Assembly (NCBI RefSeq): GCF_001194135.2
Contig: NC_068987.1
Span: forward strand, 3,220,166 to 3,284,165
Direction: 5' to 3'
Source of the DNA: Octopus bimaculoides
Lineage: Eukaryota
Length of the DNA stretch: 64,000 nt
Shown: positions 27,328 to 41,300 of the stretch, piece after piece
Layout of the letters: every line of letters begins with the position of its first letter
Numbering within the stretch: the first letter of the stretch is position 1
Position numbers and translations under genes: made by a program
Notes under the pieces: model-generated
Databases searched by the model: none
What the model was told of the DNA's origin: nothing
The model's input: only the letters and a program-made list of their open reading frames with translations

Positions 27328-29496
27328 TCAAGAAACAAGCATTATTGTTTATGTAACACATAAGTCCGAGGGGCATTTTTTTAAAAAACAGAAAAATATT
27401 TCTGAAATATGTTTATATTCTGTAAATAGATGTACCGAACCATTAATTTTTTCATACAAACAGGACAAATAACAAATGAACTGTTGATAATAAATGACTT
27501 TTATCCATTTCTTTCTATCACGAAACTTAGTTCACAACTATAAACTTTTTGTCCCAGGCACATTTTGGTAGATAATGGCATATATTGGTAGAAGGCGGAG
27601 ATTCGAAAACTTCACTAAAATGTATAAAACTACTAAACCATTTCACCATACTAATTGGCTGTCATACTTTCAAGAACAAACGGAGATCTATTTCTGTTGA
27701 GGCAAGACTCACGGACAGAGCTTCCGGTGAAAGAAGCCAAAATAAATGGTATCCATCCTGATTCCTTTAGGCACAGACGCATTTTGTCGAGGCGGAGAGA
27801 GATATAAATGGTTAAATTGATTTTGAAACATAACAAGTATTTATCTGCATTGACAACGCGAAAATATCGTATTCTGCCGTTTCTAATTCTTAATATCAAA
27901 TATAAAACGTGAACTGGACGGGCACAAATGATAAAATACCCAACTCTACGCTCTGAGTTCAAAAACTGTCGGAACAAAATAGATGATTGTTAAGTAGTGA
28001 AGTTGATTAAACTGACATAATGCTTTCTCCTTGCCAAAAACCAACACGACGATAAACGAGAATCAACGTTTATCCTGCAGTATTTAGTCGCATCCTTTCA
28101 CGTTTTGAGTTCAAATCTCACCGATGCCGTCATTGAATTTTTAATTCTTCCAATCAATAAAATAAATCCAAGAAAAGTTTGACGTTGTACCAAAAGCTAA
28201 GAATCAAATTTTTAACGCTTTCTCCTTTCTCAGGGCCTCGTGAAAAATATAATAAACTTCCCTTTTTTTTTTTTTTTTGGTGTGGCCTCCAAAAAAATAT
28301 TCAGGTTTTGGATTTGGCCCGGATATCAAAAAGGTTGAGAGCCACGGGGCGAGGCACCATAAAACATTCAGTGAAATATTGTCATTACTGAAGTTCGATC
28401 CAGCAAATATATTGATTACTGTCGTAATCAGCGATAGGATAACGATAGAATATTATAATTCGTAACAATTACATTCTTAATAAGGTGAGTAAAGCATGGC
28501 TTTTAACTAACCAAGGGTTAATAGAAGAAAAATTAAATTCACGAGATACAATTTTTACTTTGCTGCAGTCGACATTTTTTTTTTCTTTCAGTTTATAAAC
28601 CGAGGAACGTCTACCATATTTGATGGCATATAAATCACACCAGCTTAATAAAAAAAAATAATAATAAATCCTCAAAAATGTAATGCCGGGTCCCTATATG
28701 CCAAGTTGGGCTTCCCATCAGCTTTACTGCACTGGAAATATTTTTTCCTGAAAGTGCGACGCCAAAATGGGTAGAATGGTGGTGGTGTGGTGGGTATATA
28801 TACCCGTGCCTCTTTTATGCCATTAAATATGGTATTTTAGACAAGGAGATTTCGTCTTAAATGACCAGAGAATCACATGTTTACTGCGATTCTATATAAA
28901 TTATATTTATTACTTTGAATCATATTATATGGCAATATCATTATTATCGTCGTCGTTTAACAGCCGCTTTTCCATGCTAGCATGGGTCAGACAGAATTTG
29001 TTGACGGAGTCCTTCCTGTCGCCAACCCTTACTTGCTTCCAAGCAAACATTTCCCTATGGCCAGACCTATTTTGCATGAAAGAATAAAAATGAACAACGT
29101 CGCTTGTATAATGGTAACGCTCGTTTACAATCACCACAAGATTTCAGGACATAGGAAGGTACACACACACACACATACGATGGGCTTCTTTCCGGTTCCA
29201 TCTATCAAATCCCCAAATCCGTTCGCAAGGCTTTGGTCAGCCCTGGGGTTATAGTAGAAGACATTTGCCCCAGGTGCTACACAGTGGAACTGAACCCAAG
29301 ACTAAATGGTTGGGAAGCTCTTTAACCTCACAGTCACACCTGTAATGAATTTCCTTACAACAAAATTCTTTTAATGTTGTTTCAACAAGATAATGGCCAG
29401 GGATTAAGTAAAAAAAAAAAAAAAGATTAGAATTTCATAATAACAGACTTCGTTTTTGAATTTCGTTTGATGTGAACTTGTGTGTTGAAACAGATC

Positions 29497-29844
29497 CTGT
29501 TGTGTCTGGGGAAGGTCATCATGCGAATAACAAACACACACACACTGGTTCTATTTCACTTCTTTATTGTCCATCAATTGGTTAGTTACAAAAATAGCTA
29601 ACCAATCAATCATTAATTTGTCTCAGACTCAGGATAGGCATTGTAGAGAAAGAGCATATCATTAATGGGGGTCGCAAATAGTGATGAAAAGACTTTGACA
29701 AACAACTAATTGATTGTTTAACTAACAAACAAAACAAATGATCAATAAGTTAATTGGTTAGGTAACTAACCAATTGACTAACAAAGAAGTGAAATAGAAC
29801 CAGTGCATGTGTTTATTGGTGTAACGACCGTCCCTAGATAACAG
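29497..29844. mobile_element. MITE-like element with long (about 90 bp) degenerate terminal inverted repeats
   Basis: cactggttctatttcacttcttt...caattggttagttac is mirrored at about 29761-29804, and the similarity extends outward. Confidence 0.65.
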
Positions 29845-32275
29845 AATTTTATCAGTATTAGGGTGTGAGGGGGAAGAGTACATTATTATTTTTATTGGAA
29901 GATATCTTTAACATTTAATAAGAAATTCAAAAGTAACAAAAATAATAAAAAGGCAACTTTTTTCTTTTTTCCAGTCATAATTTATTATTCCAACATTTCT
30001 ACAAACCTGAAAACACAAGCAACCTCCCACAAGATATTAACAGTAATAATTTAACAAGAAATGTATGATATCGAAATAACAAGAAAGCACATGTTGAAAA
30101 GATAATGTTGAAAATTCCCTTGGAAAAACCTTCATAATGTCTTGGCAACAAAACTAAAATTCTAAAAAAATACTAGATTTGTCTGAGAAAATATCTAAAT
30201 ACATTGACACAAAAATATCCGAAAATTTAATTCACCATTTTATAATTTAATGTTGTAAACATGGAATATAACTACATGTTGATAATCTAATGCATTCAAA
30301 ATAATACAAATAGGCATAAATCTAATTTAACAGTTTTTTAAAAATTCAGTTTATAACAATTTGTTTTGGTTTTGTTTTGTTTTTTTGTATTTAGTTCATA
30401 ACAAAAGTTATAATGAGCAACAAATTCAGAAAATTAGAAGTCAAATATGGATTGTATACTTTAAACTTTCAATAAGTAATTATCAAATAATAGAGTTTGA
30501 AATTTTGACATAAGGCCAGCAATTTCGGGGGGAGGGATTAATTACATCAACCCCAGTATACAACTGGTACTTATTTTATTGAAAGGCAAAGTTGACCTTG
30601 GCAGAATTTGAACTCAGAATGTAAAGACAGGTGAAATGCCACTATGCATTTCGCTCACCATCCTGCCAGTTCGCTGCCTTGATAATAATCACCAAATATC
30701 AAAATTATAACAATGTTTTGAAATTTATTTTCCCATGTAAATTGTCTTATTGCTTTTGGAATTAAAATGATTGATCAGATACAACAAAATACCACGTTTC
30801 CTGTTCAAGAAACTGCACTAAATATATGGTATCCGTGTAAGGCATTGTTTTAAATTTATTGCTTTTATACTCAATATCAAATTGTATGTTTAGTGCCTAT
30901 TTTATGCATATATATTTCAGAAATATATTCCAGGATATATATATATAAGTATTTTAGAAAAAAAGTCAGACACTTGTGACAATATTATTACTTCAGGAAG
31001 AGATCAAACTCACTATTTTATCAAGATAATATTTTAATCTGCCACAGATATTTGCAGAGAATTTATGAATCACATGAAATTTAATGCTGTAAATGGTTTT
31101 CACAACAACTTGAAAATATGATTAAAAGATTAAATACTAAAGATTGATGAGTATCATAATATTATTTTGGAAGTCAAATAAAATTGGAATGTTGTTTTGT
31201 TTTTGTGAAGAAATCATGAACGATGAACTACTGTTATGGAAAATTATTGCTTTAGGAATTGAGATTACCAAACAATATTATAATACAGAGAAGTTTTAGC
31301 ATCAAGAACTTCCACTACAATGAAGCAAGTATGAGGCCCTTTGGATTCTGGCTAATAAATTCTTCAAAAATTCTTTAACACAACAAATTTTTACTATCAC
31401 TTACTAACTCTCATCTCTCTTAACCAAAATAATCTCAATGTAATGGAAACTTTTTATCAGAATCTTGTTTGTTTTTATTGCCAATGATGCTAACAAAACA
31501 GAGCACCAAACAGTAGAAAAAGAAGTATTATAATTACAAGAAAAAAATGCAAAATCTCCTTCAGAGAGTTCATAGAAGAGTTTGGTTTTTAACAAGGAGC
31601 GAAAGAGAGTCATTCACCATTTTGTAACCATGGTAACAACTGCTATATATTTTCTGTTTCAGAAGGAGAGCAAGTGCTTAAAACATTAGGTTCTTTCACT
31701 CCTCAGGACAAATAAACATACTGAATTCTTCAACAAACTCTTCTGTGGATGAATTTTTTTTGCCAACACAATTCATCAGCATTTTCATCAGAGACGTGAT
31801 TTTTACCAGAACATAACTATTCTCATTTTCTCCTTTCCAAAAGTTAATTTAAAGAAAGAAAAAAACATAATAGTGACCAATTCATCATCATTGATAAATA
31901 GAAACCTTACTTCTAGTGGAAGTTCCTTTCTGGCCAATAATTTATAAAGTGGTTGAGAGAGAGAGTAAATTAAACAAATACAATATTTGATCATTGTGAG
32001 CCGTACGAAGAGAGTATGAATGGTAATACACACTGATCTTGTTGCAAACATTTCACTTGAACAAATTCCTAATAGAATAAACATTTTTTTTTTTTTTTAG
32101 AATCCTTCAAAGTACCAAATTCTAGCAAACTAATCTTATCAAAAAGAACTTTTTTTTTTCATAAGTTGAAATATTTCACTCAGAAAACAAATTCATTCAT
32201 TAGTCTTACATATTACAAAACAATTAAATCTGAAATACCAACTATGATTAGAATAACGATATGGACTATGATTAT

Positions 32276-32311
<36 letters not shown>

Positions 32312-32392
32312 AATTTCTAGAATTGGTCCAAAATTTTCAATTTCACTTTAAATTTCCAAAGAACGTTTAAGGTGAAAAGTTCTTCAACATTT

Positions 32393-35300
32393 TTAGGCTT
32401 TTATAGTTTGGGGTCTATGCTTCAAAATCAATTCTAAGACAGATTCATCAGCAAGAGTACTTATATCACCAAAATCTGTGTCTCCAACAGCAATTTTACG
32501 AAGAATTCTCCGCATAATCTTTCCAGATCGAGTTTTAGGCAAGCCAGGAGCATATTGGATATAATCCGGTTGGGCAAACGGTCCTATTTTGGTACGAACT
32601 GAAAATAAAAATTGAAGATAAAAATATACAAATTATATCCTGGACATGTAATTTTTAACGAACAAAACAAAAGGCACTTTTGTAGTTCTGTAATTCCTAA
32701 GGTTGTTGGGAGAAGAAGTAAAAGAAAGCTAGCGTATGTGTGTTTGTGTGTGTACATATATGTTTAGACTAATGATGTGAATACATTAGGAAAGCTTTTT
32801 AGTTAATTACCTTTGCATTTCAGTTCGGTGATTAATTTCTCAGTCAATTCAAATCCCTGGAAAACGAATTGAAAAATCATCAAATCAAACAAATTAAAAT
32901 CCCAGAAAATTAAAGAAATTCTACATGTAATTCCCATGTTGAAGAATGACAGTATCAAAATTATCTGTGAAATAGTTCGTGTATATTCTTTTCTAGTCTA
33001 GGCACAAGGCCCAAAATTTGGGGGGGAGAGGGTCAGTTGATTAGATCGATCCGAATATGCAACTGGTACTTAATTAGAGCAAATATGAAAGACTCAACAT
33101 GACTGAGTGATTAAGAAACTTGCTTTCTAATCAAGTGGTTTTAGGTTCAGTCTTACTGTGCAGCACCTTAGGCAAGTGTCTTTTCTTTTATAACTCTGGG
33201 TCAACCAATGCCTTGTGAATGAATTTGGTTCGTAGAAACTGTGTGGAAGCCTGTTATGTATGTGTGTTTGTGTGTATGTATGCATATGTGTGTGTGTGAG
33301 CGCGACACCTTGATATGTGAGAATTGTAAACAAGCGTCACCATCATGCAAGCAATGTTCTATGTTTCCAGTCTTCTGTAAAAATCTGTCTAGTGATGGGA
33401 AAATATTACCTTATTTGGAAACAGGTAAGGGTTGGTGACAGGATGAGCTAACATTTCACCTTCTGCCTCAGTAAATTCTGTCTGACCCATGGAAATAAGG
33501 GAAAATGGACACTGAAACAACGATGATGATGATGATGACTGTGTTATTGTGCAAGAATGTCAGCTACTTACATCATTCAGGATGACAAAACCATAGGTAC
33601 ATTCACCCTTCACAGAATGAGGATGAGACACAACAGCTGCTTCAGCAACGGCACTGTGTTCGGCAATGGCAGCTTCCACTTCTGCGGTGCTTATCAAATG
33701 CCCAGAGACATTGACCATGTCATCAATTCGACCAGTGATCCAGATGTAATCGTCTTCATCACGACGTGCACCTAAAAAAAGAAAAAGAAAAATTAAATAA
33801 GCAATAAGAAATCACAAAATTAATTCAAGATTATGGAAGGAGGTTGACAAACAGATAAAACTTCAAAACATTGATGGAATTGGCATGGCTGGGTGGATAA
33901 GAAGCTTGCTTCCCAATCATGTGGTACTGGGTTCAGTCCCACAGTGCTGCACCTCAGGCAAGTGTTTTCTACTATGGCCCCAAGTAGCCTTGCAAGTGGA
34001 TTTGGTCGACAGAAACTGAAAGAAAGCCTGTCATATACACACATATATATATATCTGCATGTATGCATGTGTATGTGCATCCATGGGTACCCTTATCATG
34101 ACATCATGTGATGAGTGCAAATGAACATCAGCATCATCACTATCATTTAATTTCCATTTTCCATGCTGGCATGGGTCGGACTGGGCCCAAGGCGGCGAGC
34201 TGGCAGAACCGTTAGCACGCTGGGTGAAATGCTTAGCGGTATTTCATGTCTTTATGTTCTGAGTTCAAATTCTGCCGAGGTCGACTTTGCCTTTCATCCT
34301 TTCAGGGTCAATAAATTAAGTACCAGTTGTGTATTGGGGTCGATGTAATCGACTGGCCCCTCTCACCTAAAATATCAGGCCTTGTGCTGAGAGTAGAAAA
34401 GGATTTGATGGGCCCAAGGACCACATCGTGCTCCAGTGTCTGTTTGGCATGGTTTCTACAACTGGGTGCCCTTGCTAATACTAAAATATACAAGACCTAA
34501 TCCCACACTCCGTAGAAACTGAATAAATTGATCTCAGAACTGACTCAAATTCATTATAATAATTCCATTATTAGTGCCTCCCCAAAAACTACATTTTATT
34601 TCCCACACAACAATCCTGCACAAAGAGAAAAGAAGTGAATTTATAAATTTATATTTACCGTCTCCTGTACAATAAAATCCGGGAAACTTCTTGAAATATG
34701 TCGTTTCAAACCTTTCGTGGTTGCCATAAACTGTTCTCATCATACCAGGCCATGGTTGTTTAAAAACCTAATTAATTAAAGAATAATTATCATTTTTCAT
34801 TACACCGGTGTTCAATCACACTTTTTCACAAACACTCATCTAATCTTAATATAACGTTTAACCTTTTGCCATTCAGATTCCTTTGTCGATTCTAATGCTT
34901 ATTTATCCAAATTGTTGTCAATTAATCGTGCATTATCTCACAGCTTCAAGATTTTGATGATGTGATTAATTCTAGGGTGACATTGTGGGGCCTCCCAACT
35001 AACTCTGATGGAAATAAAACATTCCCACTTTTTGTGTTCTTGCACCATCATCACCACAACAACAACAGCAAAAACAGAAGTTTAAATCTTAAAAACCATT
35101 TCCTTACTAAATAGCCTTCTTCAACTGGTCCTTTTACTTCCTTCCCTTCAGCAGTTAAAATTGCAGGGCGAACTCCAAAGAATGGGAAAGTCTGGAATGA
35201 GAAATACGTTTGAAGATGATATATATATATGGCTACATTGTTTATGAATACAGCCAAAAAGGTAAAAAAAAACAAAACTGTATCAGCATTTCTTCTCACA

Positions 35301-38300
35301 ACTGATGACAAACACATTACTTAAACAGAGGAAATGGAGTTATTTCAAATAATTCTATTTAGTTTAAAGAACAACAAGAGTAGACACTGCAACTACTGCT
35401 ACTTCCACCATTTAGGGTCCATTTTCCATGCTGGCATGAGTTGGATGGTTTGACAGGAACTGGCAAACAAGAGAGTTGCACCAAACTCCAACTGTCTGTT
35501 TTGGCATGGCTTCTATGGCTGGAAGCCCTTCCTAACACCAACCACTTTTCACAGTGTATTGAGTGCTTTTCATGTGGCATCAGCACAGGTGTTTTTTTTT
35601 ACATGGCACAGTATGAAACATAAATTTTAGCTAAAATAATCTCGATATGCCTCAAGATTTCAAATGGGTTTTTTTCTACTAGCAAAATATAATTCTGTCA
35701 ATGCAATTAACTTAATCAATAAGAGAATAAAGATATTCCATTCTATATTTTTCTGGGATGTTATCAATAGAAACCTGATTATATTTTCTTCTATATCTCA
35801 CGTTTGTGTTTCTCCTTATAACTAATCTCTCCTTCGTCCTTTAGCCTGAAATTCAGACTGAAAAATGGAACAGCAAGACAATGTAATAATATCAGGTGAT
35901 ATCACCCAGGTTGGATGGCTCAAAAGGAGCTTAGCAGGCGAGAGGACTGCACCAAGCTCCAATGTCTGCTTTGGCATGGTTGTTTCTATGGCAACGATGC
36001 CCTTCCTGATATTATACTTACATAAAAGAAGAAAAAAAAACAAAAAACCCAGAGGCTTTTCTTGGAAACTGTTTAATTAAAGAAAGAGAAAATTTTCTGA
36101 AAATTTATTTTGCAGCAAAACAAAAAGAAACATTTTTATATAAAAAGTCTTTGCTACAAAACAATTATATAGTTTCCTTAATGAAATTTTACTTACAGCA
36201 GATCCTGGCTTTGTAGGAGTTGCCCCAGGTAAAGGAGTTAGCACATGGCCACCCTAGAAATAATATCAAAAGTGAAAAATTATAAATTTTAAAAAATTTA
36301 AATGTTTAAACTAATTAGACAATTAAAACTAGCTGTTTTAATTTTATAGTATGGAAAGCAGACGTTAAACAATGATGACGAAATATATATATAAATATTT
36401 ACTCTACGAGAAGGTAAATTAATTAAAACTAGAAACATTAAGTTAGATTCAGGTCATAAATATGACAATCCGAAGAAAAACCTGCATAACACAAATCAGA
36501 TTTTAAAACAAATGTCTTCTCACTGTCCGACAAAATATATACTGGGAAAATTTCACTCATTCAATATTTTATTCAGTTTTGTGGGCAAGTAAAATGTTTT
36601 GTAAAAGAATATTATGAGGAAGTGTCAGATAAATTGTTTTATGTGTGAAGTATTATGTCACAAGAAAATGTGTAAAGACTTAAGACATCCATGAAAGTAT
36701 TTGATTAGGCTTTGATATAAGATATTCATTTCCAAACAAAGAAATCTCAATTGAACTTACCGTTTCAGTTTGCCAGAAAGTGTCAACAACAGCACATTTT
36801 CCTTTGCCAACCACATTGTGGTACCACAACCAAGCCTCAGGATTGATAGGTTCACCAACACTACCCAGAACCTTCAGGGAACTCACATCATGACTAAAAA
36901 TAATCAATGAGAAAATATTTGGTTTCACCTTTTTTTTTTTTTTTTTGCAAATTATAGTATTTAGGAGGTTAAAATGAATTAATTAATCAGCTCTTACAAT
37001 CGTGACTTTCAATAATATTATGACAGAATGTGAACGGATGATATCTTACTTATTAACAAACTCATCTCCATATTTCATCAGACATCTAATAGCAGTGGGA
37101 GCAGTGTAGAATTTGGTAACTTTATATTTTTCCACAATCTCCCAGAAACGTCCAGCAGTTGGATAATATGGGACTCCTTCAAACTGTTGAAGAAAAATAA
37201 AATGAAAGTGAACAGGGTTACCAGAATAATGAGAAAAGCGAAATAAATCAGTGAAACAAGTGAATGTAATATTTATTGGAGCTGTTTTAACCATTTCATA
37301 AGCGTATTTCTAATGAAATATATTGCTTATGTGTTTCATTTAATTCTTAAAATAATTGACCCAACCTGTTTAAAAAGGATTTTGAATATCCAGGGACTAA
37401 ACATGATCAACAAGTATGACTTCATGTTGAAAATTGTTTAAGAGAACAACAGAAGATAAAATGGCAAAGTAGTTTTGGAAATAAATAAGTTGAGGGATTG
37501 CAGCCCCCACTAAAGCAGTATGAAGTACAACGAGGATGGTGCTGACCTGGAATTCATAAACCAAGTCAAAAAGATGACAGAGAAACACCTTCTGTAGAGG
37601 TATTGGCATAACTGCAAGAAAGAGGTGAGCACACCTGGAAGGAGAGGTCTTGGATGAAGACATCAAGGGAACGCTTGTTTGTGCCATGCTCGAGAAAGGA
37701 GTTAAAAAACAATAAGGGTCAGATACATGAACATCATAATCAACCCCTGGACATGACTGTCTCAAGGCCTGTAACTCAAAGGGGTCAGTTACCCAGTTCC
37801 CATGACATAGAAATCATTGAAATCACATCCCCACCCCAGAATGAGGCACCAATCCATTACAGGGGTCACTCATTTACAATTGAGTGGACTGGAACAATGT
37901 GAAATGAAGTGTCTTGCTTAAGAGTACAATGCACTGCTCAGTCCAGGAATTGAAACTACTATATTCTGATCACGAGTGCAACACCCTGACCACTTGGCCA
38001 CACACCTTCATTTATGTTTGATTACTTCTCAATAAAATATATAATTTCGGATCTTCATTAGACAAAGTTCAAGAAACAGATATGTGTGTGTGTGTGTGTG
38101 TGTCTATGTCTGTCCGTCTCCATGTGCTGTTTATAAAGAAAATATTAGCTCACAATCACACTTGTTGATCCATTAACCAAGGGTCCATAGCAGACATAAC
38201 TATGGCCTGTGATCCAGCCAATATCAGCAGTACACCAGAACACATCGTCGTCATGATAGTCAAAGACATACTTGAATGTAGTGTAAGCGTATAACATGTA

Positions 38301-41300
38301 GCCACCGGTTGTATGGAGGACACCTTTTGGTTTTCCAGTAGATCCACTGAATGAGAAAGTGAAAAAAAATAAACAAGTCATATAACACACACACACACAC
38401 ACATAAATATATCATACTTTTACAAAATGAGGGTTGAAAGTGACTCTGAAATTTTGACCTGCTAGCCTTCATCAGATTGCCTGATGAAGGCTAGCAGCCT
38501 GAAATACTTAAGTCATTGTCCCACTTGTCATTATGGTGTGCACAGATATATAGGCAGACAAACACCAGTTGTCAAAAGCAGTGGGGAACAAACACTGATA
38601 TACACATACATACAACAGGCTTCATTCAGTTTCCTCCGCAAGACACCCGATGAAGGCTGGAGAGTATATCAGCCGAAACGTTGTGTTAACAGTAAACAAG
38701 ATGAGGACAAATATCCATCAAATGTAAATAACGTACATAATTCCTCATCTCTTAAATATAGAACTGTATAAAATGTTTTCTCTACCTTGTGTATAACATA
38801 AAAAGAGGATCTTCAGCATCACACCAGACTGGGGGACATTTCTTTGATTCTTCATCAGTTTTGGTTGACAATAAGTCATGCCACCATTTGTCACGACTAC
38901 TGTCCCAATTAATCTATTAAAAACAAAACAAAATTGACATTGCAATGCTTCATTTTTTAGAAACAAATATTGAAGTTTTTTTAAAGAAATATACAAACAT
39001 ACATGATCAAATAAATGTATATACAGAGGATGACCATAAAGTCTGGATACAAAGAAATATTAAAATTTCTTGATTTTTCTTCCACAGTTTGAATATGAGT
39101 TTTTCTAAAGAAAACCCTGTACCCAGACTTTACAATCTCCCTGTGTGCGTATAAATACATCCATAAATAGCTGACAATTGGACCTTGGTGCAGCTTTCCA
39201 GCTGGCTAGCTCCTGTCAAACCATCCAACCCATGCCAGCATGGAAAACAGACATTAAATGATGATGTTGATGATGATTTTGAAGTTTATCTCAACATTTT
39301 CTATAGAATCCGGAACCAGCATTGAAAGCTCATTTTTTTGAGCAAAAGACAAAGAAACCAACGTTAACTTACTTTCAGATCATAACACGGCCGTTTCGCA
39401 GGAATTTGCTGAGTGCAACTGCTTCCGTTCCTCAACTCATTCGGATTAGGACTCAGGTGACGCACAACGATGCAATGATCAATATTGTAGCCACTATAAC
39501 AACAAAAACAATCATAGTAAAATGGTGGTGCTTCACAAAAGTATTTTGCAAACAAAATTATACTGGAGACATTTAGAAAACCTGCTGACCAAGGTCTAGA
39601 CAACAACAATAGACTCACCATTATCAGAATGAAACGTTGCTAAGCATTTTAACCACCAGGCTAATGATTCTACTAGTTTGATGCCTGTGGACAAGATATC
39701 TCAAGAACTACTGGATGGATTCGGTTGAAACTTTCAGGGATGTTTGGCCTCGTGACTGGCACAAACTGATTAGATTTGGGATTGATCTGGTACCAGACAA
39801 GGATTCTGGATTATATTTCCTCTTTTTCCACTTAATTTTTGAGAGCAGTCGGGTTCATTTTTAGTATTTTCCTCTGTGAGAGCAGTCGAGTTTATTTCAG
39901 ATATTCTCATTTTAAAAATTATCTCTGGCTAATCGTTGACAGGACATTGGTGTTGCCTTGGTGGAGGTTTGCACTCTGTGAGTGCTCTTGTTATTATTAT
40001 TATTATTAACGACTATGCTATATCATTCTTTTATTTCTTTTACTCATTCGACTGTGGACATACTGGAGCACTACCTGCATGGATTTTGTCAATAAAAATT
40101 GATCTCAGAACTTATTTTTGGAGTCTGCTACTTATTCCGTCAGTGTTAAGTTGTAAGGTTGCAAACAAAGGTGGTTCTCAGTGGTATTTGAACTCAGAAC
40201 GAAGAGAGGATCCACAATGATTACCACAAAACAATTTATCTGGTGCTCAAACAACTTTGCCAACTGGCTGCCTACACACCCACACACACACACACACAAG
40301 ATATTTATGAACCTTACTTTTCCTTGCAACGTTTGATGGCCTCATCAGCAATATTCTTCAAGTTTATTAATTTCGTTCCTCTCCACATACCATCTGAAAG
40401 CAAACATCTGAGATACTTAAAAACTATTTCACATCATGTCTGTTATATTTTAATAACAATTTACCAAGTTTCAAACAAACCACAATAGAACACATAAATT
40501 AATAATGAATATTTCATAATAGTTCTTGTTGGGGCTGAGCACCAATCCTTGGTGAACCCCTACTTGTACTCTGAATTCTTCGCTGTACTCATTGCCAACC
40601 CCCACCTTACTGGTAGCATCCTTGTACAGCTCTCATCAACCACTAATTTATCCTTAGTTTCCGTATTTACCACCAGATAAAGGATCAGGGGACCCTATCA
40701 AAGGCTTTCTCCAAGTCAACAAAAGCCAAGTACAGAGGTTTATCTTTGGTTATGTATCTCTCCTGCAGCTGCCTTACCAGAAATATAGCATCAGTGGTGC
40801 TTCTCCCAGGCACAAAACCAAATTGCATCTCATCTAAGCTAATTCTCTCCCTAATTAGTTGGGCTTTAACTCTCTCCTCAGCTTTCATCACCTGATCCAG
40901 CAATTGAATATTTTAATGTTAATAATGGTAAACAATGGCAAGAAGAATGTCAGTGGCTTTATATTGCTGAATATGATTATTTAATGGTCTAATAATAACG
41001 TGCGTGGCACAGTGTTTTCTGGACAAATGGCTGGTGTTGAGGATTGTATTTATTAATGAGAAGGTAAACTTGCGGAATAACAGATGTCAAAATCTTAGTA
41101 TACAAGAATAAGAGATAAAAGTACTTCTGAAAGAATAACAGTACTTCATCTTCATCTACTTGTAGGCTGGAAAGAATGGAAATAGAAATGATTTGATGGA
41201 TGAACAGAGTATTGTTGAGAGAGAGAGACAAAGAAGACACTGAATTGTAAAAAATGAAAGGATACAACAAGCAATGGAAACTGTGAAAAGAAATGGGATA

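Noticed and set aside
27651-27977. 108-aa ORF upstream of mos
   Set aside because: No recognisable domain and a non-ATG start; more likely promoter or UTR sequence
37397-37902. 122-aa and 82-aa intronic ORFs
   Set aside because: No motif recognised; they partly overlap a SINE
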